DNA of 64,000 nt from Mytilus trossulus. Taxonomy: Eukaryota. The notes under the pieces were generated by a model. The model did not search any database and was not told the DNA's origin. It saw only the letters and a list, made by a program, of their open reading frames with translations. The stretch is taken from the NCBI RefSeq assembly GCF_036588685.1, contig NC_086383.1:56296001-56360000 (forward strand), written 5' to 3'. The translations under genes were made by a program, and so were the position numbers. Shown here piece by piece: positions 51,713 to 64,000 of this stretch (its first letter is position 1; each line of letters opens with the position of its first letter).

Positions 51713-54700
51713 TAATATAAATCATACATGTTTGCTGTATCTTGTACAATGTATGAAGTGCTCTCTTGCAGACTGTTCTAATCATAATAGCAATATATAT
51801 GTATCATATTATTCATATACCACATCTATAATTTCAAACATTCATAAAATGATGCTATAGGCTAATACTTGTTTGATACAATGTTTAAATTAACAATATA
51901 GAACCAATATAACAACAGACCATTTGCAAATTACATTTTCTGGTCTAATAATAGAGATATTCCTATAATCATAACATCAGCAGTATTATAATGACTAAGT
52001 GTCAGCTTAGGGTATCAACATGAAAATGAATCACAAAGCATTGAACGTAAAACTAAAAAAAAAATAGGGCTGGGCAACAAAAACATATTCACGAAAATAA
52101 GTTGGTTTACTGTTTTTGCTATACATGAAACTTTAATTTTAAGGAAATCAGTTATATATTTGCCATTCTAAACATGTTGAAAACTCAGCCTTCCCCAATC
52201 TTTGCAGATCTGTTTTTTTTAATCATATAAAGGGGGACTGTATTGTACATGTAACTGTATACACATTTAGACTCTAAATAAATAACTTCTGCCAATTAAC
52301 ATGAACTGAAATGACTTTGACAACTTCACTAACTGTAAAAGCAGATATTTTTAATTGTTGTGATGTGCATTTGTCTATAATAAATGATTGAGATTACACA
52401 GGTAACTCATTTCCCAAATCCTTTTATTTTTTTATTTATTTATTTCTAACTTTTCATCTTCTATTTTCCATTTTTTTTAATCACCAAAACCCACATCCCC
52501 TGTCAAAGTCCTCTCCCCAAGTCCTTAGAGCACCATTATGGTACCCTGGTGCTATATTTTCTACCCTGGTGCTATCTTGGATGATTTTATACTAGAATGT
52601 AAAAGGGCCATAATGCTATATTTTTTGGAAAACCATGCAATATGCTACATGTTAATTTCCATGGTATCATTTGATAATTCTGGGGGAAATAATGTCCCAA
52701 TTTTCACCCCCTATATATTTCATCTCTTTATAGCTTCATAAACATTGACAAAATTATCATCCAATTAATACCTGATATATTTTATCTACTTTCCTTTACC
52801 ACCCTAAATGTTTATTTCAATTACTCATTTCAGATAAAAGCTTCAGTGTTTAAAATTCCTAAAATATTGAAAATATAACATGAATTGTCCAGCAACAGCA
52901 GAATCCCTATTATAATAAAAGTTTTATATCTCACCATACAGTTGAACACACTTCCTAATTTTTGTATGTCTTGGTTCAACAAATATTTTGGGATACCGGT
53001 AGTAAAAAGTTACATGTTTTTTTTAAAAATGAAGTGAAAATAGTAGAAGCAATTTACATGACATTTATCTCTATAATAAATGCATGCATGCTCATGGCTG
53101 TACACGTGACCTTGAGTTTATAATTTCTGCAATACTTGTGGAGAGTGACTTATTGACAATCATACCATATCTTGTTTTTTATTGAAATTGTAGATGGAAG
53201 TTTAAGGCAATTTAGATATATTTCATTTAAGTAATAATAACAAACGTTATTACATTTCATTCTACACGATCAAAAGATGGCTCTTTGAAACTTAAAATTA
53301 TAGTTCTTTTGTCCATAATAAATTTCAAGTGTTCTCCCCCAGGGCCCTTTAAGCATAATGGTATAACACAATGCTCTTTACTTGAATTTGATATAATATC
53401 AGAAATGATTTTCTCATAGATTAAGTTATGGATGTAATACCATAAAATCTGAAGCAAGATGGTAATCTACATGAGATTTGTTGGAAACTACTGAAAAACC
53501 ATTTTTTAACAGGGCCTGTAGTCAGGAATTTCCAAGGGGGGGTTCTTTTGACTCACAAACTCGACTTTAACAGTCACAATTTGAAACCGAACATTGACTT
53601 TAACAGTGCTTGTTTGTTTTCAAGGAGGGGTTTGTTTGAACCCCCTGAACCCCCCTGGCTACAGTTATGTTTATCATGTGCATAACTGATGCATGCATGT
53701 CAATTTCAATCATATGTAAAATTAAACGTATTCCATATTTCATACTAATATATACATAAATGTACAAATTGTTTTCTATTTCATACCATGCTAATAAACA
53801 ATAAAAAGAATTTTGCAAACAAAACTGAAAATTCAACCTGTATTGCTTTTTTGTTCTCTGGTGAAAAATAGCCAGGACTCCCTGTTTACCCTACATTTTT
53901 TGACAGAAAGATCTTTCAAGGCCTTCTATTGCTAACTGGATTTGTTTATTGTTGAAAGCTGTCAGTCATTTGCTCTTCGGCTGAGAGTTTTCTCAATCAT
54001 ACCATTTTTTTTCAATTCTAATTACTGTGGATTCATTTATATTCGTTGGATACCAATTAACGTGGATTTCATGGGTACAGATGAACCACATAATTCAAAT
54101 GTTCAAGGAATAGCATATTTGCAAAAGGATTTGTATATAAACAGAGATAGGCAAAACCAAAAAATCAAATATCGACCAATATACAAGTTTTCTGAGCATT
54201 CCACAAAAAATTGATACCAACAAAAATAAATGAATCCATATGTAATATATATCCAGATTTAAACAATAATCCTTTTTTTTTTAACCTTTCAGTAATTCAA
54301 CTCTAGCTATTATTAGAATAATTAACACGATTATCAAGAGCTAAAAATAAAGAATAAACCTGTCAGCATTATAAGCTTGATCAAACTAATCAAAGTGTCT
54401 TTGAAATGCTTTATTAAGTTGATCTTATATGATGATTTGATATGGCTGTCCCTTTTATAGATTTGTAGGTTAATAACTTATTGCTATCATGCTATTAAAA
54501 ATATTTATACTATATTCTCATGAATTTTAGTCATCTTAAAATATTAAACAAAATTCTTTTCCTAAACATGTAAAAATAAATATAAACCATTTTAAAAATC
54601 TATCAAAATAATCTATCCTTATTTTAAAATTGAATCAGTTTTCAATCGGCAAAACTAATGTTGGTACATGTATACATTTTCAAATACTAATTCCCTTATA

Positions 54701-54980
54701 CAAAGTATCTGTAAAAATCACACATAAAAGAGACAGCCATACCAGACCATATTAGATTTACAAGACACTGACCAGTTCATTTTAAACTACATGTACATAA
54801 AGTAGTTTTGCACATGTAATTTTAAACTCTGTACAAAAGTATATACTCAATAATCTCCCACATATTTGTAAATCTTTTAGTGAACATTTATACACTAACA
54901 ATGACTTATCCATGTTAAGAAGCTAGATCCTTAAATTTGTTGTAATCCTATAATCATATACAAAAGTAAACTTTTCTTAC

Positions 54981-55027
54981 CGTACCTTAAAATCAGCAAT
55001 GAATCTAATTTGGTCCACATTTGTAAC
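54981..55027 (-). other. Possible additional 5'UTR exon of the RhoGAP gene
   Basis: Acceptor aaattttag| and donor ACG|GTAAGA bracket 47 nt. No independent support. Confidence 0.3.
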
Positions 55028-56599
55028 CTAAAATTTGCTGTCTAAAAATTAGTACAAAATATACCAGCTTGCCCTCAATAAATTAGCTTAACTTAAAGAA
55101 TAAAGACTTTTTAAAATGTACTTTGATCATGTAACTCATGGGAAAATAAGTTTTACTGTGGATATGTTATAAATTATAATTCTTTGGATACTAACTTTCG
55201 TCGATTTTGTGGTTACACTGATGAACCAAGAAATTTAAAAGTATTCAACAAATTACATATTTTATATAAGGTTATATGCAGGCTTTGGCCGAACCGCAAA
55301 TTCAAATATCCATATGAACATGCAAGTTTTCCTCAATCCACGAAAACAAATGAATCCACAGAATCACACATTGAACTTTAAATGCAGGGGTGGATTGAGC
55401 CATTTTTAAAGGGGGGACCTAACCTAGGATAAAGGGGGGGTTCCAACCACATGTTCCCATTCAAATGCATTGATCGTCTAAAAAAAATGGGGGTTCCAAC
55501 CCACAGACCCCCCCTTGGATCTGATGGACATGACAGATTCAGAAAGAAGATAACAGAATTCAGTTCTCCCTTTGTTGTATATATATGAAGACCAAAGCCC
55601 TGTCTTAAGCTCTCATACATGTAAACATTTCAAGTATTGAGTAAAGTTTTAAAACAGAGAGCTGTAATGTTATGCTGTGAGTTACATATGATTTACCATG
55701 TTTACTCTAAAATTACATTCTAAAAAATTAATTTTCATAACAATATCATTTAAACTTCAATATACCATAAAACTTATTACATGTAGTATAAATTGCTTTA
55801 CCATTTTATTGAATACATTATTCCGACACAGTCAACTCCAAAATGATGTGAATATTTCTTAACGTAAATCAATATATACATGTATGAACTATACAGTAAA
55901 TGTTTACATTTTTTCGTTGATAAATAGTCTGACTTACATACATACTATTAATAGATCTAGATAAATGATAATCTACTTTTAAATAATCAGATTGTTTACA
56001 AACGTATATCAAATAACAATTGTTATTCAAAACATCCTTGTAAATATATGATACATTGGCCTATATACATGATACAATATCAGAATGAATTTAACACTCC
56101 ATCATGATTCTTTATGCTTACCCACCCACAAGTATCTTTACCTACATTGACTCTCTTTTGACACTAGGTTTTTAATACATCTCGAACAAATCAGCTTTTA
56201 AAGAATGTAAATATATTTATAAATTCAACATGGACAAATTGTTGGACACCAAGACTTATGATTTTAACAATCTTGTTAAAATATGATACACTATTGTACA
56301 CAGGCCTAGACACAATTTTGCACATCAATATGGAATATGTTTTTACAAACTGATCTATCTCTTTTTACTTATAGATGTTTTAAAAGCCTTCTAATAAATA
56401 CCTCAATTCAAAAATCACAGCCCAGCAGCTGTTAAAGAATGTGTAAAATAAAAGATTGTTGTTGTTGTTATTATTTAAAAATTTGACATGGACAATGTTA
56501 ACATTAGACACCATAATAATATTTCAAACATTTTTGTGAAAATATAATTGATTGATAAGTGTTAAATGCCACTTTCAGCTATATTTTGTTATTTTGTGA

Positions 56600-56845
56600 G
56601 GCCATAATAAATAATAGGTTTGTTTGCCCAAACGCTACCTACCCAGAAAAAAGCTGCCTACTCAAATTCTTTTATTGTCCTGATTTGAAGAAGTTTTTTT
56701 TCATTCAAATAGGCATGAAGACTTATAAACATCTGATACTTCAATTTCTTTTTTTGAAAAAAAAAAAGAAAATGCCTACCTACCTACCCACTGTCTCAAC
56801 CTTTGGGTAGGGTTTGGGCAAACCAAAATATTTTTAAGTGTGGCC
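56600..56845. mobile_element. Harbinger-like MITE
   Basis: TGA flanks; GGCCA termini; subterminal inverted tttgcccaaac / gtttgggcaaa. Confidence 0.7.
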
Positions 56846-56863
56846 TGACGGTCAGCTATTATA

Positions 56864-57063
56864 GAGGGTGGATAGGAACTTTATTGGAACTCCGTGATCT
56901 GGTGTTTTTAAGCTTAGAATTTCTGGATTACCGTTTCGGGATTCAGGAATTCTTTTTTTCGAATTTCGGGACCTCAGGATTTCTTATTTTTTAAGCCCGG
57001 GATTTCAGGATTTCGTGTTTTTAAGCTTGGAATTTGGAATCAAGAACCCTCCTTACCCCCCTC
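56864..57063. mobile_element. MITE with 6-bp TSD and internal gggattt/caggattt repeats
   Basis: TSD ATTATA on both sides; termini GAGGGTGGATAGG / GAGGGGGGTAAGG. Confidence 0.75.
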
Positions 57064-58717
57064 ATTATACGCGGAAGAAGCCTAAATATCAAGAGAGAAC
57101 CCCAAACTTCGACAGTGTCATGTTTCCGGAAATGTAACGGAGTTCACGTCTTTGTTTTTTATCTTCTTGATTTATACACTTATTTTTATATCCGGCACGT
57201 TTGGAAAATTTGTTCAAGCAAAATTTTGTACAATTTCTCATGAAATTTGTAACTTCACGACACCAAAGCGTAAGTTAATATGTAGCATATTTTTCTTTAT
57301 ATATGTTTAAACCTTTTCTGACAAGTGTACTATTTTTAAGTCATCCTAAACAGTTGAAAAACATTCTTTTTGGTCATTTTACATGAACTGTTTATCATAC
57401 CTTTTTTTACATTAATTCTTAAATCCAGTGTGCTGATTTGTATTTCATTTGCTTTGATTAAGATGTTTTCTCTTGAAAAGTATTTAATTTGCGGTTTTTG
57501 TTATTGTAAACTGCTCACTTCGATTCATGAAAAAAGGCGACTATTTTCTACTGTAACCACAAGCACGTGTGCTACTGTTTTTTGATGTAACTGAATTATT
57601 TTATTACATCTATTATGAACTTTGAATTTGCTTAGACTATTATGACAGTCATTGTATAACACAAGTTGAATATTGAACATTGCATTTGACAAAGAGAAAA
57701 AAAAGATTATTTAAACATTGTTAAAACCAAATATTGTGTTTTTAGTATTGATACTTTACTGTGTACTGTTATGCTAAATTTTTGTAGTGATAATTGTTAG
57801 TAAGAATTGCTTATTTTGTATTTTTCAGTTTTTCACCCTCTCCGGAGGTTTGTTTATCAAGTAAAGAATTTGAAGTCTTATTAGTCTTTCTTGTGAGCCA
57901 TAACAGACAGGAAAATGTGATAATATGATACACTAGCTGACATCATTTACAACTATAAATTTAACACTTTGTCATGATACTGGCCTTTACATATATACAA
58001 ACCTACATGGTATACATTGATAAACATTCAATTCATATTTGACTTTAGACTTAAGCCGTCAATTAACAAATCTGTTGTAAACATCGTAAAAGAATCTTAA
58101 GATCTAGAAATTGACGTGGACAATGTATGGACATAATAACATTGAAAAATCCTTTAAATGCCACTGTTTACATTATAATACGGTTTCTTTATACATTATT
58201 TATTTTGTTTCTGCGTGTGTACACAGTTGTTGTATACAAACATTTGCCCTGTTGTAATTATACCTCCAGTTCTGAAGTGCAATGATATTTGAAGTCAAGA
58301 TATATATATATATACATTTTGTATATTAATTCTTATTTAGTCATTTGGATTCAAACCTGATTAGTTTGAATGAAAATTATAATGAAATCATAATTATTAA
58401 TAAAATGTTTAAAACATTAGCAGACCCAAATATACATGTACAATGTAGCATTCCTAGTATTTCCATATTTCAGGTTTACATGGTCTAGTAAAAATCTGAC
58501 ATTTTTTAATACATTGTGTACATGGAGATTTTCTTGCTGTGTTGAAGACCCAAGCATTAATGGCCTGAGCTGTTTTCTTCTCTTTGATCTAGTTTGTTAT
58601 CTCTTATTGTATTTACATTTCATCATTATAAAACATACATTTCAAGTTATATACATGTACATGAATATAAAAGGAAACATTGTATCTCAAACATTCTTAC
58701 AATTGTATGCAAATTAG

Positions 58718-58984
58718 AGCTAATTTCCTAATGCATGATAAGTCCAACTTTCGTAGGCTTGCTTGCTTTGCCTATCATGTTTGTATGAAGGTTTGCAAAT
58801 TTTGCCATTAACATTGCCATTATTATTGCCATTTCAAACAGTATATTATAAGGCATATTTGTATATATTATATTTAAAATAGATTGTACATTATCCCATT
58901 ACATTTGACAATGATTTGTACATTATATAAACAAAGCAAGTAAGCAAACCAAAGTTGGACTATACAAGCATTAGGAAACTAGCT
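58718..58984. mobile_element. Fold-back MITE with ~50-60-bp imperfect TIRs
   Basis: agctaatttcctaatgc…agtccaacttt…gcttgctttg mirrored by caaagcaagt…aaagttggact…gcattaggaaactagct. Confidence 0.7.
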
Positions 58985-59839
58985 GTAATAGATTTGTATT
59001 CACCAGTTATAGGATAAATAAAATTTGACACTGTAAAAGTATAGGTTTTAAGATGATTAAACAAAATAAATGACATGATCACATACATTGTATATGAATC
59101 ACACGAACAAATTATAAATATAATGATTAAATGGTCATCATCTAAATCTTGAACAAACCACAAGACAATGAACTTGAAATCAATGACCAGTAAACTGTTC
59201 AAATGAGCTGGTGCACGTGTTGATAGACTAATTATAAGTGTAAGCATGAAACATGATATAAATTATCATACTATAAGCATGATAAGTTTTAGATTTCTGT
59301 GGTAAACCCACTTTAGCAAATACATGTATAAAGCATCTACAGGTATTAAACATGGCAAAAGTCCCTAATTATTTTTATTATGAAAGAGCTAGTAGATTGT
59401 CAATGAAAAATAAAGTATATTTTGTATGTAATATGTGAACTAAGATTTAAGTTGATTGGACTTCATTAAAAACTACCTTGGCCAAAAACGTTAACCTGTT
59501 CAAAGCCTACACTATATTTTCAATGTTCAGTGGACCGTGAAATCGGGTAAAAAGTCTAATTTGACATTGAAATTAGAAAATTATATCATAAGAAACATGT
59601 TTAATAATCATTTATAAGTTTAAGGTTAGTTAATAGACTTCAACTTCATCAAAAATTATCTTTACCAATAACTTTAATCAGAAGCAACAGACAGACAAAC
59701 TAACACCCAGACCTGGAAAACAAAAGGCCCCTAGGTGGGGCATAAAAATACAGACAATTTGAACAATCATTCGTACATGTACATTAATGTATATATGTTT
59801 CAACATGATCAATAATACAATGTTGGTTTTTACTACATG

Positions 59840-60392
59840 CAGGGTTCTCACTAAGAATTTTTGAAGGCGAGTCCAGGCCTCCAGGGACTCGTCATTTTAA
59901 TCCATGGTGAGTCCAAACAGTAAGAAGATATCTTATTGCAATATGATTTATCATTTTTAGGCTCAATACCTATTAAATAGAGCAATGAAATGACATTAAA
60001 TTCAGAATTCATTTATTCTATTGCTATAAAATGATGATATGTGTATTCAGATTTACAAAATAGTTCAATCTTGATGCATCATTGGACTCCCCAGTATTGA
60101 AAATGAGGCCCCTCATGGGAGGGTCCTAGTAATCACATAATCACCATTTTTTTGCCAATATAATCACATAATCATTAAATATTTGCTTATCTTTAGTAAT
60201 CAAATAATCATAAACTAAAAATACAGTCCTAGGTAATCAAATAATCATGAAATATTTGGCTTAATAATCAAATAATCATTAAAAAAACGGCCAAGTAATC
60301 ACATAATCAAAAACCCCATGAGGGCCCTCGAAAATGGTGAGTCCAGACAGTCCTCACTCAGGACTCATGGACTCGCCTTAGTGAGAACCCTG
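59840..60392. mobile_element. hAT-like MITE
   Basis: Perfect 16-bp TIR CAGGGTTCTCACTAAG; TACATG flanks both ends. Confidence 0.8.
60105..60329. mobile_element. MITE with 6-bp TSD and internal taatca repeats, nested in a hAT-like element
   Basis: TSD GAAAAT on both sides; TIR GAGG(C/G)CCCTCATGGG, 14/15. Confidence 0.88.
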
Positions 60393-62218
60393 TACATGTA
60401 TAAGATACTGTAAACCAACTTATTTTCATGGATACTTTATTAACTGTGAAGTCCTTTCTAGCCAATTTCACAACGATTTAGTTTAAAAGTTAACTTGATG
60501 TATTTAAATAAGGAAATATCCAAGTTTTTACGAGAATTACAGTACAAGTCAAATTCAAAGATGTTTTATTTTATCTTATCTACATTTTAGTTGCACGATT
60601 TTACATGTACAATATAATGAAATACATTTGTTAAAATTGAGAATGGAAATGGGGAATGTGTCAAAGAGACAACAACCCGACCAAATAAAAAAACAACAGC
60701 AGAAGGTCATCAACAGGTCTTGTATTATTTTAATTTTAGTTTCTTGTGTACAATTTGGAAATTAGTATGGCGTTCATTATCACTGAACTAGTATATATTT
60801 GTTTAGGGGCCAGCTGAAGGACGCCTCCGGGTGCAGGAATTTCTCGCTATAATGAAGACCTGTTGGTGACCTTCTGCTGTTGTTGTTTCAATTTTATTAG
60901 TCTTCTTGTCAAAATATTATTTACCCCAACAACCAGTTTGGCTACAACATAACAATTTCAAGTTTATTGACAATTTACACAGTGTGTACATGTATATCAT
61001 GTATATATTAAGTATGTTTATTAGGAGATATGTTCCCATAGTCATGATAGTTAAGAACTTTATTCATTATAAGTTGAAAAATGCAGGCAAAGATATGATG
61101 TTTGTGTTCTATATATTTTGACTTCAGAATGTTGAGTGGAACCTTAAATTAGCTTCGGCTATGGCGTTCATTATCACTGAACTAGTATACATTTGTTTAG
61201 GGGCCAGCTGAAGGACTCCTCTGGGTGCGGGAAATTCTCGCTACATTGAAGACCTGTTGGCCACCTTCTGTTGTTTTTTCTTTGGTCAGGTTTGCTGTCT
61301 CTTTGACACATTCCCCATTTCCATTCTCAATTTTATTTGAAAAAATTACGATTATTTTTGGTGACCTCTAATGAATAACAATAATGTACAATGATGAATC
61401 ACAATAAAATTTCAACTGATCATGATTTGATGGTAACTGAAAATTAAAATTTGACATACACCGTACGGAAACTAACAGACTACATTGTAGCATTGATACC
61501 CTATTAAAGAACCACAGGAGCGCGTATTATAGATGTGTTTGGGAACATTTGCCAGTCAACTGGTATGCTTAATTGGATGCTTAATATGTGTGTTTTACAT
61601 GTATGTATCTTAATATGTGTGTTGTTATTGTTATTAATGTCGGCAAAAAGCTCTACAGAGCTTATGTTTGTATTTAATGTAACCCGACTTAAAATAAAAT
61701 TTCTTATCTTATCTTATCTATCATGATGCTATTAATACAAAGTATAATGAGGGTAGTAATGCCCTTTACTGTCAGGCGTCAAATGGTCATTTTCAGCTTC
61801 AAATTGGTTAAATTTTTCACAGTGATTCGTCAATGTATATCAGTCAATTTTCCTATTGTCTAAAAGAAAGTACATTTTATCATAATACATAAAAAATTAC
61901 TGTCAACCTCATTTGGCAAGAATTTTTACCGTGATTCTTCATGAAGGTACCCCCATTACCACCCTCTATAGTGCATACCAGTTGACTGACTTAATATATT
62001 TCCCAAAACATCTATGAAGCGTTCCTCTTTGTCAGAACATGTGCAGCTGAGCTGTGTTTACCATACACTAAATAATAAGTGTGTATCAAAGCCTTAACTA
62101 CATGTATATTTAGTACAACCAGGATGAAAACGAACTGTCATGAATGTATTATCTGTCAGTTATGAACCTTGCATAATTTCCTTGCTTATATTCATATTAC
62201 TACTGAAGACGTGCTTAC

Positions 62219-62355
62219 CGTTTGTTGTTTTCTTTCTTTTTTTCTGTTTGACACGTTAATCTACTACAACGTTAATTAAAATTATAGACTTCTCATCTTT
62301 TCCATCACCTTTGTAAACCACCTGTTTATTTCCGGTGTCTGTATGAGCATGCGCT
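62219..62355 (-). promoter_or_regulatory. Probable RhoGAP promoter and non-coding first exon
   Basis: Minus-strand NRF1-like GCGCATGCTC (62345-62354) and ETS ACCGGAAAT (62328-62336), followed by a strong donor ACG|GTAAGC at 62219. A short uORF (MEKMRSL*) lies within. Confidence 0.5.
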
Positions 62356-62964
62356 GGAGACAAAAAAGGGGGTGCATTTAATATATAAAAACATTCTATA
62401 TTATATTTAGCTTAACCGTCAGGTTGCCCCCAATTCCAAAACTTATATTCGGATAGGGTTAACTTTTCTGCGACACTGACTTGATTTTCAAGCAAAATAT
62501 GTCATATCAAAGTACTGATGTACTGTTTACTCTGATGAACATCGATATAAATATCACGATAAATATGACGTGATCATGCAGAATGTATAGTTTCATTTAC
62601 TCCAATTGCATATGTGTAAACAAAACATTTTTTTACCTGGCTTCCGCTTCTATAGAAATACACAATTTTGCCGGCTTGAATTAAGATATGCATGCCTTCA
62701 TGACTAAATCCGAAAACGGTATCTCTTCATCTTATTAAGGCAGCAACCATTTGATTTTCTGTTGGTTGGGGTGGTTTTTTTTGGGGGGGGGGGGGGGGGT
62801 GATATGGATTTTTTCCTCCGGAAAAATCTATTTTTTTTCGCAACAAGTTGAAAGCAATTTTTTTCTTTCAATCTTAGCCTGATTACATACAGTGGCAGCT
62901 GAGAATCAGCTGAGGGTGAAACAAACATATTTTTTTTTCTCAGGGTCAAAAACAAATTCAAATG

Positions 62965-63900
62965 GTTGCTGCCTAACTGTTTATATGTAATCCCAAGGTT
63001 GTTGTATAGATTGGATGTGATTTGTTTGTCAGCAAAAGATATTGAAAACCTTTGTACTTATTTCATTAAACTTATGAAACAAGTCCAGCATCTACCAGAA
63101 AGAACAGCTAATACTGGAACTATATTGTTATTAGGTCAGATCCAAATTGAGGCTGTTGTTCATAAGTGAATGTTATGTACTTTTAGAAACATTGTAGCAA
63201 ACAAAGAATCTGTTGAATGTAATATTGCATTTAGACAATTAGCTATATAAAAAAAACAAGGACTCTAAGAGTTGGTTTATAAGAATTGTTGAGCTTGCTG
63301 ACAAATATGAACTACCATCTCCTCACGAGTTATTAGTCAATCCTCCGTGTAAATATAAATGGGAAAAAACTGGTCTCTAAGTTTGTTTACCTATTCTGGC
63401 TGGGCAAACTAAAAAATGACGACGCCAAAGAAAAATCAACTCTAAAATTACTTAATATTGAGGACACAATTATTGGCAAAACTCATAACATTTGGTTAGT
63501 GGGGGAACTGAGCCGTTTGCTGTCAAACGTTGTAACATAAAATCCAAACTCGCTTTTGGAACCTACACACTTCAACAAGACAGAGCTAAATTTAGTAGGC
63601 AATCTGTGAGTCCAATTTGTCAACTATGTAAGCATGAACCTGAAGATCGTGAACACTTTATAATCAAGTGCAAAGTATTGGAGGAAGTTAGGTCTCTGTT
63701 CATCGACAAACTAAAATGTTATATTAAAGATATTACTATAAGTGGATTATTTCAGAGTAACAACAATTTGCTACAATTAATCATTGCATTGACTACTTGA
63801 AGTTTCATTTCTAAACATATCAACAACATGTACACATTGAGAAAATCAGTAGTGCTGGCCTATGCTTTAGCTTATATCAAAAGCGTTCATCAATGTTATA
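62965..63900 (+). mobile_element. 5'-truncated, frameshifted non-LTR retrotransposon (LINE) ORF2 C-terminus
   Basis: CCHC-type C-terminal motif CQLCKHEPEDREHFIIKC. Upstream broken frames (KQVQHLPERTAN…LLGQIQIEAVVHK*; SWFIRIVELADKYELPS; KSTLKLLN) resemble post-RT LINE sequence. Confidence 0.75.
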
Positions 63901-64000
63901 ACAGCGAACAGAAATGCCTATGATATGGAAATATATGTAATAATTATAGAAATGAGAACTGTAACTGTGTAGATAAAGTGTTGGTGGGATATGTACAGTG

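Overview
AT-rich, intron-containing animal genomic DNA. The repeat families and protein motifs suggest a bivalve, probably a mytilid mussel (inference). (1) 1-9.8 kb: two tandem copies (offset ~6.72 kb) of a gene for a signal peptide + FAMeT-like (Methyltransf_FA) domain + Thr-rich stalk + single TM helix. Copy 2 has a 1-nt frameshift that removes the TM anchor. (2) 10.4-10.9 kb: an intronless, C-terminally short Sesquipedalian/PHETA-like PH-domain gene. (3) 18.0-51.1 kb, with a likely promoter near 62.3 kb: a complete ARHGAP18/28/40 (Conundrum)-type RhoGAP gene on the minus strand, 17 coding exons, 655 aa by my splicing. (4) The main find lies inside RhoGAP coding intron 5: a 13.4-kb Kolobok-type DNA transposon (30355-43753; 17-bp TIRs, TTAA TSD). 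It carries an intact 9-exon, 871-aa ORF fusing a DDE transposase to a DEDDh (PML/exuperantia-like) 3'-5' exonuclease. It is in the same orientation as the host gene, is splice-phase compatible with it, and contains nested MITEs. The introns hold many MITEs, including several unrelated ones sharing G-rich termini and 6-bp TSDs, and there is a decayed LINE at the right end. All exon structures were assembled by hand from splice signals and reading frame; no database searches were run.
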